A stretch of DNA of 64,000 bases from positions 288,001-352,000 of the forward strand of contig CAVURN010000002.1 of the NCBI GenBank assembly GCA_963743915.1. The letters run 5' to 3'. Shown in pieces: positions 20,464 through 29,137 of the stretch. A model generated the notes under the pieces. The model did no database searches. It saw only the letters and a list, made by a program, of their open reading frames with translations, and was not told the DNA's origin. The position numbers were made by a program, and so were the translations under genes. This stretch comes from an uncultured Actinomycetota bacterium. Its GTDB lineage: Bacteria; Actinomycetota; Actinomycetes; JAHEKZ01. Within the stretch, counting starts at the first letter, position 1; each line of letters starts with the position of its first letter.

Positions 20464-20525
20464 GCGCCCTTCGGAAAGGGCCTGCCAACATTAACGCACC
20501 TCCGACGTCCCCCGTGATTCGGGCG

Positions 20526-21473
20526 TCAGCGCACTCCTGGCTCGTCGATCGTCAGGGTGCGTGCATCGGCGTCCACGGTGGCCATGACGCCGAACGGCAC
20601 CGACGCCAGATGGGGGCCGTGGCCCATCGGGAGCCCGTAGATGACGGGGACGCCGAGACCGGCCAAGTGGATCTCGAGGACGTCCTCCAAGGAGCGGTCA
20701 GCGACAACATCCGGATCCGGCTTTCCGCAGCCGTGCAACTCGCTCACGACGATGCCGACCACGTCGTCGAAGACTCCGGCCATGCGCATCTGCCAGAAGA
20801 TGACGTCGAAGTCGATCGCGCGCAGGTCCACCTCTTCGATGAGCACGATCGAACCGGCGAGGTCCAGCTCGTACGGAGTGCCCATCAGGTGGTTGATCGT
20901 CCAGAGGTTGCCGCCGACCAGCGGTCCGCTCGCACGTCCTGGCGCGATCGGCCGGATGTAGTTGTCGTCCGGACGCCGGGGGACGTCGCCGACGCCGCCC
21001 TTGGTGAGGGCATGCAGAGCTGAGTCCCAGGTGAATGCGGTGCGGTCACTCGCGCCGAAGGAGCCGAAGCCAGGACCGTGAAAGGTGCTGAGCCCGGAGT
21101 GCTTGAGCATGGCCGCGTGCAGGTTCGTGATGTCGCTGAACCCCATGATCGCCTTGGGCTTGTCTGCCACCAGGTCGTAGTCGATCAGCGGCAGCATCTC
21201 GATCGCTCCGGTGCCACCCCACAGACAGAGGATGACGTCGACATCGTCGTCGAGCAGCAGGGCGTGCAGATCGTCCACGCGGCCTTGCGCCGGACCGGCC
21301 ACGTAGTCGTGCCGTGCCCAGACGCTGTCGCTGAGCCGAACGTCGTAGCCGCGCGACTGCCACCACTCGATGGGACGCAGCACGTCGCTGCGGTTCTCGT
21401 AGGGGCCGGACGGGGCGAAGACTCCGATGGTCCCGCCCTCGGGCAACGGTTTGCCGAACCGAGTGGCCTTCAC
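20526..21473 (-). CDS. S66 peptidase (LD-carboxypeptidase/MccF family)
   Basis: IGVFAPSGP, GFSDIT (Ser), GPLVGGNL, LIEE (Glu), GHG (His). Confidence 0.9.
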   Translation of the reverse strand: MKATRFGKPLPEGGTIGVFAPSGPYENRSDVLRPIEWWQSRGYDVRLSDSVWARHDYVAGPAQGRVDDLHALLLDDDVDVILCLWGGTGAIEMLPLIDYDLVADKPKAIMGFSDITNLHAAMLKHSGLSTFHGPGFGSFGASDRTAFTWDSALHALTKGGVGDVPRRPDDNYIRPIAPGRASGPLVGGNLWTINHLMGTPYELDLAGSIVLIEEVDLRAIDFDVIFWQMRMAGVFDDVVGIVVSELHGCGKPDPDVVADRSLEDVLEIHLAGLGVPVIYGLPMGHGPHLASVPFGVMATVDADARTLTIDEPGVR

Positions 21474-21484
21474 GCCTCTCCCTC

Positions 21485-22843
21485 TCATTTCCTGGAGCGC
21501 TTCTCGCGCACCTTCATCGTGATGTGCAGTGGCGTCCCGACGAATCCGTACTCCTCGCGGAGCCGACGCTCGATGAAGCGTCGGTAGCCGGACTCGAGAA
21601 ACCCGGAAGTGAAGAGTGCGAAGGTCGGTGGCTGGGTACCGGCCTGCGTGGCGAAGAGGACGCGTGGCTGCTTGCCGCCCCGGACGGGATGAGGATGCTC
21701 GGCGATGAGCCTGCCGAGGAACGCGTTGAGCTGCGCAGTCGGAATGCGGGTCGACCAGCCTTCGAGTGCGGCGTGGATGGCCGGCACCAGCTTCTCCATG
21801 TGGCGCCCGGTGGACGCCGACACGTTCACCCGCGGTGCCCACGGCACCCGGACCAGCTCGCGTTCGATCTCCTTGTCGAGGTAGTACCTGCGTTCGTCGT
21901 CGAGCAGGTCCCACTTGTTGTACGCCAGCACCAGGGCTCGGCCCGCCTCGACCACCATCGAGATGATCCGCGTGTCCTGCTCGCTGATCGGCTCGCTCGC
22001 ATCGATCAGGACCACCGCCACCTCGGCTTTCGCCAGGGCGGCCTTGGTGCGGAGGCTGGCGAAGTACTCACTGCCACTGGCCTCGTGCACGCGCCGTCGG
22101 ATCCCGGCGGTGTCGACGAACCGCCACTCCTCTCCCCCGAGCTCGATGAGCTCGTCGACCGGGTCGACCGTCGTGCCGGCGACGGAGTCGACCACGACCC
22201 GGCTCTCCCCCGCCAGGCGGTTCAGCAGGCTCGACTTGCCCACGTTCGGGCGTCCGAGCAGTGCCACGCGGTGCGGGCCGCCCGCCGCTGACTCGGCCGG
22301 CTCGACAGGCGGCATCGCCGCCAGCAACGCGTCCAGCAGGTCACCGGACCCTCGTCCGTGCAAGGCAGACACCGGCATGGGCTCGCCCAGCCCGAGCGAC
22401 CACAGGGAGGCGGCCTCGAGCTCGGAGCGGTGGCTGTCGACCTTGTTCGCCGCCAGGACCACGGGCTTCTTCGCGCGACGCAGCACCTGGACGACTGCCT
22501 CGTCCGTGTCGGTGATCCCGACCTCGGCGTCCACCACGAGAAGCACGACGTCAGCAGCCTCGACGGCGAGCTCGGCCTGCGCCGCCACTCTCGCCGACAA
22601 CCCCTGAGCATCCGGCTCCCAGCCTCCGGTGTCGACGACGATGAAGTCGCGGCCGGACCAGCTGGCGTCGTAGGCGACCCGGTCACGGGTGACGCCGGGA
22701 CGGTCCTCGACCACGGCCTCGCGACGTCCGAGGATGCGGTTGACGAGCGTGGACTTGCCCACGTTGGGCCGACCCACGACAGCCACCACAGGAAGGGCCG
22801 CATAGGTACGGCCCGTCTCGACGGTGTCGTCGGCCTCGGTCAC
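21485..22843 (-). CDS. der: Ribosome biogenesis GTPase Der
   Basis: Two G domains (GRPNVGKS x2, DTGG/DTAG, NKVD/NKWD) and KH-like C-terminus. Confidence 0.98.
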   Translation of the reverse strand: MTEADDTVETGRTYAALPVVAVVGRPNVGKSTLVNRILGRREAVVEDRPGVTRDRVAYDASWSGRDFIVVDTGGWEPDAQGLSARVAAQAELAVEAADVVLLVVDAEVGITDTDEAVVQVLRRAKKPVVLAANKVDSHRSELEAASLWSLGLGEPMPVSALHGRGSGDLLDALLAAMPPVEPAESAAGGPHRVALLGRPNVGKSSLLNRLAGESRVVVDSVAGTTVDPVDELIELGGEEWRFVDTAGIRRRVHEASGSEYFASLRTKAALAKAEVAVVLIDASEPISEQDTRIISMVVEAGRALVLAYNKWDLLDDERRYYLDKEIERELVRVPWAPRVNVSASTGRHMEKLVPAIHAALEGWSTRIPTAQLNAFLGRLIAEHPHPVRGGKQPRVLFATQAGTQPPTFALFTSGFLESGYRRFIERRLREEYGFVGTPLHITMKVREKRSRK

Positions 22844-22858
22844 GATGACAGTCTCTCG

Positions 22859-23560
22859 TCAGGACGCGGCGACGCTCGGGACGCGCTCGCGCACGAGCCC
22901 CACCACGTGGTCCACGACCTCGTCGAGGCTCATCCGGGTGGAGTCGATGAGCACCGCGTCCTCTGCCTGGGTGAGTGGTGACAGCTCGCGCGTGCTGTCC
23001 AGATGGTCGCGTTGGTCGAGCATGGCGGCGGTGTGCTCGACGGTGAGCCCGTGCTCCTCGGCCCACTCAGCAGCACGCCGTTCGGCCCGGGCCTCGGTGG
23101 ACGCCACCAGGAAGACCTTGACCGCGGCGTCGGGCGCCACGACCGTGCCGATGTCACGGCCCTCGACGACGACCGGTCCGCGCTCCATGATCTCCCGCTG
23201 CACGGCGACCAGCCTGGCCCGGACCTCCGGCACGGCGCTCACGGCGCTCACCGAGGAGGTGACGTGGGGGTCGCGGATCTCGTCACTGACCTCGCGGCCG
23301 TCGACGAAGACGGCTGGGGCGCGGGGATCCACGGAGATGTCCAGGAGCGGCTCCTCGACCCGACCGGCCACGGCAGCGGGGTCATCGACGTCGACACCTT
23401 GGTCGATGAGCCACCAGGTCAGAGCCCGGTACATGGCACCGGTGTCCACGTAGTTCCAGCCCAGCCGCACCGCCACTCCTCGTGCGGTGCTCGACTTCCC
23501 CGAGCCAGAAGGGCCGTCGACGGCGACCGCGATGAGGGCGCCCGAGGCGTCGTGCACCAT
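22859..23560 (-). CDS. cmk: Cytidylate kinase
   Basis: DGPSGSGKSS, DTGAMYRA, EGRDIGTVV. Confidence 0.97.
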   Translation of the reverse strand: MVHDASGALIAVAVDGPSGSGKSSTARGVAVRLGWNYVDTGAMYRALTWWLIDQGVDVDDPAAVAGRVEEPLLDISVDPRAPAVFVDGREVSDEIRDPHVTSSVSAVSAVPEVRARLVAVQREIMERGPVVVEGRDIGTVVAPDAAVKVFLVASTEARAERRAAEWAEEHGLTVEHTAAMLDQRDHLDSTRELSPLTQAEDAVLIDSTRMSLDEVVDHVVGLVRERVPSVAAS

Positions 23561-23680
23561 GGCTCCTCCTTCAGGTCGGGCCGTGCGGTTCCTCCACCGG
23601 TGGTGGGTACGGGCGGTTGTGCAGTCGGCAGAGAGTATCGGGTGAGGGGAGACAGCCGCGCGGGCGTCGACGGGTCCCGG

Positions 23681-24772
23681 TCAGTGGGCCGACCAGCCGG
23701 CGGCGCGCAGCGCCTCGGTCAGCGGGGCCGCCTGGTCCGGGGACACCGACAGCTCGACCAGCCCGACCGGGTGCCCGGCCGAGTGCTCGAGCCGGATGTC
23801 CTCCACGCTGGCCCCGGCGTCCGCCACCGCGACGAAGAGAGCCGCCAGCGCTCCGGGCTCGTCCGGGATCACCACGGGGACGACCGCGTAGTCGGTGGCC
23901 GGCGTCCCATGCTTGCCGGGGATCCGGGCGTATCCCTCCTGACCTGCAGCGATCAGACGCTTGATGGCTTCATCGACTTCACGTCTTGTCGACTTGTCTG
24001 CAGCATGATCCGCCAGTGCGGCCCCGACGTCGGTGATCTCCTGGCCCAGGCTCCGCAGCAGGGGACCCACGACGGCGGCGTTCGCGGCCAGGATGTCGCT
24101 CCACATCGTGGCGTCGCTGGCGGCGATCCGGACGGTGTCCCGCAACCCCTGTCCGGCGAGCACCATGGCCTCTGCGCTCGCCTGCCGAAGCTCACCCGCC
24201 AGCGCGCTGGCCACCACCTGAGGGAGGTGCGAGACCAGCCCGACCGCCTGGTCGTGCTCCTCCGCCGACATCCGCACCGGATCGGCCCCGCAGTCCCGCA
24301 CCAGACGCTCCACCAGAGCCACCCGATGGTCCGGGACGCTGCTCGCCGCGCACACCGCCCACGGCCGGGCCTCGAAGAGGTCGGCTCGAGCCGCCGTCGC
24401 CCCGCTGCGTTCCCGCCCCGCCATCGGATGACCCCCGACAAAGCGCTCGGAAACCCCTAATCTCTGCGCCTCCAGTTGAGGGTCATACTTGATGCTCGAA
24501 ACATCACTAACCGTCGCCGAAGGATACAGACGGATGCACTCCTCCATGACCAGTCCCACCGCAGAGGGTGGCACGGCCAGCAGGATGAGCTCAGGGGCGT
24601 CCTCACACCAGCCCGCCTTCCCTGCTCCCAGGTCGGCCGCGACACGTTCCGCGCGGGGATCGGTGTCGTGGATCCACACCTGCCAGGGACGGTCCGAGAG
24701 GGCGAGACCCACCGAGGTCCCCAGAAGGCCGGCCCCCACGATCTGGAGCACAGCCTCCTCAGACCGGCTCAT
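23681..24772 (-). CDS. tyrA: Prephenate dehydrogenase with ACT domain
   Basis: GAGLLGTS, DVSSIK, GGHPMAGRE, HD.AV.LVSHLP, C-terminal ACT (IPDEPGALA). Confidence 0.95.
   Translation of the reverse strand: MSRSEEAVLQIVGAGLLGTSVGLALSDRPWQVWIHDTDPRAERVAADLGAGKAGWCEDAPELILLAVPPSAVGLVMEECIRLYPSATVSDVSSIKYDPQLEAQRLGVSERFVGGHPMAGRERSGATAARADLFEARPWAVCAASSVPDHRVALVERLVRDCGADPVRMSAEEHDQAVGLVSHLPQVVASALAGELRQASAEAMVLAGQGLRDTVRIAASDATMWSDILAANAAVVGPLLRSLGQEITDVGAALADHAADKSTRREVDEAIKRLIAAGQEGYARIPGKHGTPATDYAVVPVVIPDEPGALAALFVAVADAGASVEDIRLEHSAGHPVGLVELSVSPDQAAPLTEALRAAGWSAH
23974..23998. repeat. Motif B array inside tyrA (3 x 8 bp)
   Basis: CGACTTCA CGTCTTGT CGACTTGT; surrounding codons A/T-ending (GAT CAT GCT GCA, ACA AGA CGT GAA). 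Confidence 0.65.
24460..24484. promoter_or_regulatory. Degenerate motif A site inside tyrA
   Basis: ATCTCTGCGCCTCCAGTTGAGGGTC; codons GAC CCT CAA CTG GAG, AGA TTA, GTT AGT GAT GTT break the GC3 bias. Confidence 0.55.
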
Positions 24773-25128
24773 TGCGCGAGATCCTGTCGCAGCACCTCGG
24801 CGCCCCTCAGGTAGACGTGCACGATCTCGCCCCGGGGGCGGTCCAAGGCAGCGTGGGCCATGACCCGCACGACGCGCGGGAGGGCACCGACCACGTCGAG
24901 CTCCTGGGCACAGATCAGGGGCACGTCACCGATCCCCAGCGTGCGGGCCGCGGCGGCCGGGAAGGCGCTCCGGAGGTCGGGCGTGCTCGTGAAGATCACA
25001 CTGATCAGGTCGTCCGTGGTCAGGTCGTTCCGGGCTAGCAGCTCCCCCATCAGCTCGACCACGGCGTCGGCCATCTCGGTGGCGTCGTCGGCCCGCAGCT
25101 GGGTGGCTCCGCGGAGTGCTCTGATCAC
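24769..25128 (-). CDS. aroH: AroH-type chorismate mutase
   Basis: RALRGAT, FTSTPDL, FPA.AAR, CAQE, YLRGAEVLRQDL; TAGGGT-N6-GTG leaderless. Confidence 0.95.
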   Translation of the reverse strand: MIRALRGATQLRADDATEMADAVVELMGELLARNDLTTDDLISVIFTSTPDLRSAFPAAAARTLGIGDVPLICAQELDVVGALPRVVRVMAHAALDRPRGEIVHVYLRGAEVLRQDLAQ

Positions 25129-25177
25129 GGCGTCACCCTATCGGCCCCTCGATGAGCAGAGAACACGCCACATCGTC

Positions 25178-25440
25178 ATGTCGACTTCGTGTCTCGCCAA
25201 GTCGACAAAGTTCCTTTCGGAGAATCCCCTCCGCGCACGGACTCCAGGGGGTCCGGATCCCCCACCGACTTGTCGACATGCGGCGTTTCGTGGGGACTCT
25301 CCCTGCAGGTCAGGACCGCATCGCCCGGCTGGGCGATTCACGGGCAGCAGATCGGTCTGCCCCTCCGACTTGTCGACAAGCCGATGGCGGCGCCATGCCA
25401 GCGCCTCGCCTCACTATTTACCGACTAACCGACAAGTCGA
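25178..25440. repeat. Motif B cluster in rluB-aroH gap
   Basis: ATGTCGACTT-N11-AAGTCGACAA (25178-25208), CCGACTTGTCGACATG (25265), CCGACTTGTCGACAAG (25365), CCGACTAACCGACAAGTCGA (25421-40). Confidence 0.8.
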
Positions 25441-26176
25441 GAAGGTCCATCAGCTCACCCTGCTCATGACGGGTGAGCAGTCGGACCCCTCCGGGCCGGA
25501 GTCGACCGAGGCGGATGGGGCCGAACTGCAGCCGCACGAGGCGTCTCACCGGGAGTCCCACCTCGTCGAGCAGCCGGCGCACGATCCGGGTGCGGCCCAG
25601 GTGCACGGTGACCTCCACCTGGGCCTCGCCACCGGACTGGGCGACCAGCCGGAAGGCATCCACCGCGGCCGGTCCGTCCTCGAGCTCCACCCCTGCCCGC
25701 AGGCGACGGCCGACGTCCTTGGCGACCGGCCCGGAGACGACCGCCCGGTAGACCTTGGGCACCTCGAAGGACGGGTGGGCCAGCCGGTGGGCCGCCTCCC
25801 CGTCGTTGGTCACCAGGAGCAGCCCCTCGGTGTCGATGTCCAGCCGTCCGACGTGGAAGAGCCGTTCCGGACGGTCGGCCACCATGTCCCCCACGCACGG
25901 GCGCCCCTCGGGGTCCTGCATGGTGCTGACGGTCCCCAAGGGCTTGTTCAGCGCCAGGTACACGACGCCGGGAGCCGTGGGGATGCGCTCTCCGTCCACC
26001 CGGACCACCGCACGGGTCGGATCCACCCGCATCCCCTGCGTCCGGACGACCGTGCCGTCCACCGAGACCCGACCGGACGCGATCAGCTCCTCAGCGGCCC
26101 GACGGCTGGCGATACCAGCGGCCGCCAGGACTTTCTGGAGGCGAATACCCTCAGGCTTTGATTGAGGGTTAGTCAT
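25418..26176 (-). CDS. rluB: 23S rRNA pseudouridine synthase (RluB/RsuA family)
   Basis: RLQKVLAAAGIASRR S4 domain, LNKP, GRLDIDTEGLL. Confidence 0.93.
   Translation of the reverse strand: MTNPQSKPEGIRLQKVLAAAGIASRRAAEELIASGRVSVDGTVVRTQGMRVDPTRAVVRVDGERIPTAPGVVYLALNKPLGTVSTMQDPEGRPCVGDMVADRPERLFHVGRLDIDTEGLLLVTNDGEAAHRLAHPSFEVPKVYRAVVSGPVAKDVGRRLRAGVELEDGPAAVDAFRLVAQSGGEAQVEVTVHLGRTRIVRRLLDEVGLPVRRLVRLQFGPIRLGRLRPGGVRLLTRHEQGELMDLLDLSVSR
26146..26170. promoter_or_regulatory. Motif A site in first codons of rluB
   Basis: TACCCTCAGGCTTTGATTGAGGGTT; perfect ACCCTCA-N9-TGAGGGT. Confidence 0.75.
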
Positions 26177-26790
26177 AATTCGGCTTCAAGCGTCTCAAGA
26201 TCGGGGAGATAGGGCGCGATCTCTGGTAGCTCGTCGACGGAGGCGAGCCCGAGTCGCTCGAGGAAGTAGCTGGTGGTCCGGTAGAGGTGGGCGCCGGTTT
26301 CTCCGTCCGTCCCACACTCCTCGACCAGGCCCCGCGCCAGGAGTGTCCGCATCACCGCGTCCACGTTGACGCCCCGCACCGCCGAGATGCGGGCCCGGGA
26401 GACGGGCTGGCGGTAGGCCACCACGGCCAGGGTCTCCAGGGCGGCCTGAGTCAGTCGGGCGTGCTGGCCGTCGAGGACGAACCGTTCGACCGCCGTGGCG
26501 TATGCCGGGCTGCTGTAGTAGCGCCAGCCGCCTGCCACCTCACGCAGCACGAACCCGCGCCCCTGCTCGGCGTACTCCCCCGCGAGCTGCACGCAGGCCG
26601 CTGCGACCTCGGCCTCGGGGCGTTGCAGCACCTGCGCCAGCGTGACCGGGGCCACGGGCTCGTCCACCACCATCAGGATGGCCTCCAGGGCCGGGGCCAA
26701 CGCCAGCTCCTCGGCAGCCTGCTCGGTCTCAGCAGAAGGGTCGGTGTCGAGCGCCTCGTCAGGTGGCAGGTCCTCGGTCACGTCACTCAC
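26173..26790 (-). CDS. scpB: SMC-Scp complex subunit ScpB
   Basis: LEAILMV, LTQAALETLAVVAYRQPVSR..I..VRGV, Y.TT..FL. Confidence 0.96.
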   Translation of the reverse strand: MSDVTEDLPPDEALDTDPSAETEQAAEELALAPALEAILMVVDEPVAPVTLAQVLQRPEAEVAAACVQLAGEYAEQGRGFVLREVAGGWRYYSSPAYATAVERFVLDGQHARLTQAALETLAVVAYRQPVSRARISAVRGVNVDAVMRTLLARGLVEECGTDGETGAHLYRTTSYFLERLGLASVDELPEIAPYLPDLETLEAEL

Positions 26791-27664
26791 GGGTGTCCTC
26801 TCCGGCCGGCGGGACCGACGGCAGGTCGCGGGCATCGTCTTCGTCGAACTCGTCGTGGAGGTCGAGGTCGCCCTCGTCCGCGCCCGTCCACCGGACGGTC
26901 AGCTCCGCCAGCGGCTGGACCTGGTCGAAGGCCACGGCACCCTCACGGAAGAGCTCCAGCAGCGCCAGGAAACGGGCGATCACCGTCGTCGTGTCGCCGG
27001 CATCCCCCACCAGGGCACGGAAAGTGGCGGTCCGGCTGCGCCGCAGGCGGCTCACGAGCAGGGTCGCCTGCTCCTTGACGCTCACCGCCGGCGCGTGCAC
27101 GTGGCCGAGCGACACCTCGGGCACCGGCTTGGGCGTGAGCGCCTTGGCCGCCAGCGCGGCGAAGCCGTCCGGACCCACCCCGATCAGCACCTCCGGCAGC
27201 AGCGAGGCGAACTCCGGTTCCAGGCCCACTGCACGCGGGTAGCTCCGACCCGCGTGCGCCATGATCGAGGCCAGCTCGGCGGCCACCGTCTTGTAGGCGC
27301 GGTACTGCAGCAGCCGCGCGAAGAGCAGGTCGCGCGCCTCCAGGAGGGCGAGGTCGTCCTCGTCCTCGACCTCCGCCGAGGGCAGCAGGCGGGCGGTCTT
27401 GAGGTCCAGCAGGGTGGCCGCGACGACCAGGAAGTGCGTGGTCTGCTCGAGGTCCCAGGCGTCGCCGGCCGCCTTGATGTGGGCGATGAACTCGTCGGTC
27501 ACGACGCCGAGGGCCACCTCGGTGACGTCCAGCTTGTGCTTGGCGATCAGCCCCAGCAGCAGGTCGAACGGCCCCTCGAAGACCGGCAGGTGGACGTGGA
27601 ACGCCGCAGCCCCGGACTCCTGCGATGCATCGGGCACCGCAGGCTCGGTCGTGGTCGAGGTCAC
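26783..27664 (-). CDS. scpA: Segregation and condensation protein ScpA
   Basis: FEGPFDLLL.LI, FLVVAATLLDLK, FLALLEL; TACGGT-N6-GTG. Confidence 0.96.
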   Translation of the reverse strand: MTSTTTEPAVPDASQESGAAAFHVHLPVFEGPFDLLLGLIAKHKLDVTEVALGVVTDEFIAHIKAAGDAWDLEQTTHFLVVAATLLDLKTARLLPSAEVEDEDDLALLEARDLLFARLLQYRAYKTVAAELASIMAHAGRSYPRAVGLEPEFASLLPEVLIGVGPDGFAALAAKALTPKPVPEVSLGHVHAPAVSVKEQATLLVSRLRRSRTATFRALVGDAGDTTTVIARFLALLELFREGAVAFDQVQPLAELTVRWTGADEGDLDLHDEFDEDDARDLPSVPPAGEDTRE

Positions 27665-27718
27665 GGCGGAACCGTAGCCCAGGCGCCTGCCCGCCGGGCG
27701 ACCGGCGGGGCAGCCGGG

Positions 27719-28126
27719 TCAGCCCTCGCGCAGCCGACGGGCCACGATGCTCGCCTCGCCCTTGGCCGCGAGGTCGGCGACGACCACGGCCACCGCCTCA
27801 CGCACGATCCGGCCGCGGTCCACCTTCAGGCCCAGGTCGCGGTAGAGGGTCGACTTGGCCTCGTCGAGCGCGACCAGCTCGTCCGACGACAGGTAGACGG
27901 TGATCTTCTCGTCGTGCCGCTGGCGGCCCGACGGACGGCCCGCTCCCCGCTGCGCGCGCGAGGCAGGGGGTGCGATCTCTCGATCTTTAGGTGAGGTAGA
28001 GACTGTTTCCCCATCTGGGGATCGGGGCTGTGGAGGGCTGGTCTCGACCGCCTCGGCGAGAGCGGACGCCGACGAGGTGGTGCGGAAGAGCTCGGAAGCC
28101 CCTGGGAGGGCGGCGCGGCGACTCAT
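27719..28126 (-). CDS. Small ParA-associated protein, predicted C-terminal ribbon-helix-helix DNA-binding domain
   Basis: N-terminal MSRRAALPGASELF peptide, disordered linker, EKITVYLS (beta) - helix - VDRGRIVREAV (helix); start overlaps parA stop. Confidence 0.75.
   Translation of the reverse strand: MSRRAALPGASELFRTTSSASALAEAVETSPPQPRSPDGETVSTSPKDREIAPPASRAQRGAGRPSGRQRHDEKITVYLSSDELVALDEAKSTLYRDLGLKVDRGRIVREAVAVVVADLAAKGEASIVARRLREG
27975..28004. promoter_or_regulatory. Degenerate motif A site inside the RHH-like gene linker
   Basis: CTCGAT CTTTAG GTGAGG TAGAGA CT; codons GAA ACA GTC TCT ACC TCA CCT AAA GAT CGA are atypical. Confidence 0.45.
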
Positions 28127-29034
28127 CGGGCGAGCACCTCCTGCGCCAGCTGACGATAGGCGGCGGCTCCTGGCGACTTCGACGCGTAGCTGGTGATGGG
28201 CTCCCCCGCCACCGTCGTCTCCGGGAACCGGACGGTCCGGTTGATCACCGTGTGGTACACCCGGTCGCCGAACGCCTCCACCACCCGGGTGAGCACCTCG
28301 CGGCCGTGAGTCGTGCGGCTGTCGTACATGGTGGCGAGAATGCCATCAAGCTCTAGTTGAGGGTTAAGCCTTTCGGTCACCTTTGAGATGGTGTCCATCA
28401 GCAGAGCGACCCCTCGGAGGGCGAAGAACTCGCACTCCAGCGGGATGATCACCCCGTGCGCGGCCGTCAGTGCGTTCACCGTCAAGAGGCCCAGCGAGGG
28501 CTGACAGTCGATGAGGACGTAGTCGTAGTCGTCGGCGATGGTGGCCAGCCCGCGCCCGAGGGTCTGCTCCCGCGCGACCTCACCGACCAGCTGCACCTCG
28601 GCGGCTGACAGGTCGATGTTGCTCGGCAGCAGGTCCATGCCGGCCGTGTTGGTCTTCAGCAGGATGTCCTCCGCCTCGACCCCGCGGTCCATCAGCAGGT
28701 TGTAGACCGTGCGGTCGAGCTCGTGCGGGTTCACCCCGAGCCCGACCGACAGCGCCCCCTGGGGGTCGAAGTCGACGAGCAGCACCCGGCGCCCGAACTC
28801 GGCCAGAGCAGCGCCCAGGTTGATGGTCGTGGTGGTCTTCCCGACGCCGCCCTTCTGGTTGCACATGGCGATGATCCGCGCCGGACCGTGCTCGACGAGC
28901 GGTTCGGGCACCGGAAAGACCGGCAAGGGGCGCTGCGTGGGGCCCAGGGCACCCACCTGACCTGCGGAGATGCCGTCGTCGGCGACGTCCGGTGGGACCT
29001 CTGCGGCATCGGGGGTATTTGTCGACTTAACCAC
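28123..29034 (-). CDS. ParA/Soj-family ATPase (second ParA; Rv1708/PldP-like)
   Basis: NQKGGVGKTTT deviant Walker A, VDFDPQG, IDCQPSLG; upstream of scpAB. Confidence 0.95.
   Translation of the reverse strand: MVKSTNTPDAAEVPPDVADDGISAGQVGALGPTQRPLPVFPVPEPLVEHGPARIIAMCNQKGGVGKTTTTINLGAALAEFGRRVLLVDFDPQGALSVGLGVNPHELDRTVYNLLMDRGVEAEDILLKTNTAGMDLLPSNIDLSAAEVQLVGEVAREQTLGRGLATIADDYDYVLIDCQPSLGLLTVNALTAAHGVIIPLECEFFALRGVALLMDTISKVTERLNPQLELDGILATMYDSRTTHGREVLTRVVEAFGDRVYHTVINRTVRFPETTVAGEPITSYASKSPGAAAYRQLAQEVLAR
28341..28365. promoter_or_regulatory. Motif A site inside parA
   Basis: TGCCATCAAGCTCTAGTTGAGGGTT; codons GAA AGG CTT AAC CCT CAA CTA GAG CTT GAT GGC ATT are atypical. Confidence 0.7.
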
Positions 29035-29083
29035 GAATCTCTAAACCTCTCGGCAGACTTCACGACAAACCGTTCGCAGCCTA
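29019..29083 (-). promoter_or_regulatory. parA promoter with interleaved B-A-B sites
   Basis: -10 TAGGCT (29078-83); GACTTCACGACAA (29056-68), A half-site ATCTCTAAACCTC (~29037-49), TTGTCGACTT (29019-28). Confidence 0.6.
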
Positions 29084-29137
29084 GGCGGCGGTGACCGTGG
29101 GTGGCAACCCTGGTCGACTCCGGGTGGGTGCTGCCGG

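Noticed and set aside
25178-25440. Motif B cluster as a mini-CRISPR or REP element
   Set aside because: Units are only 8-16 bp, in mixed orientation and irregularly spaced; better read as protein-binding sites.
24458-26178. TTA codons as bldA-type regulation
   Set aside because: Both fall in the A/T-rich motif A patches, one as the last codon of scpB; more likely by-products of the DNA sites.
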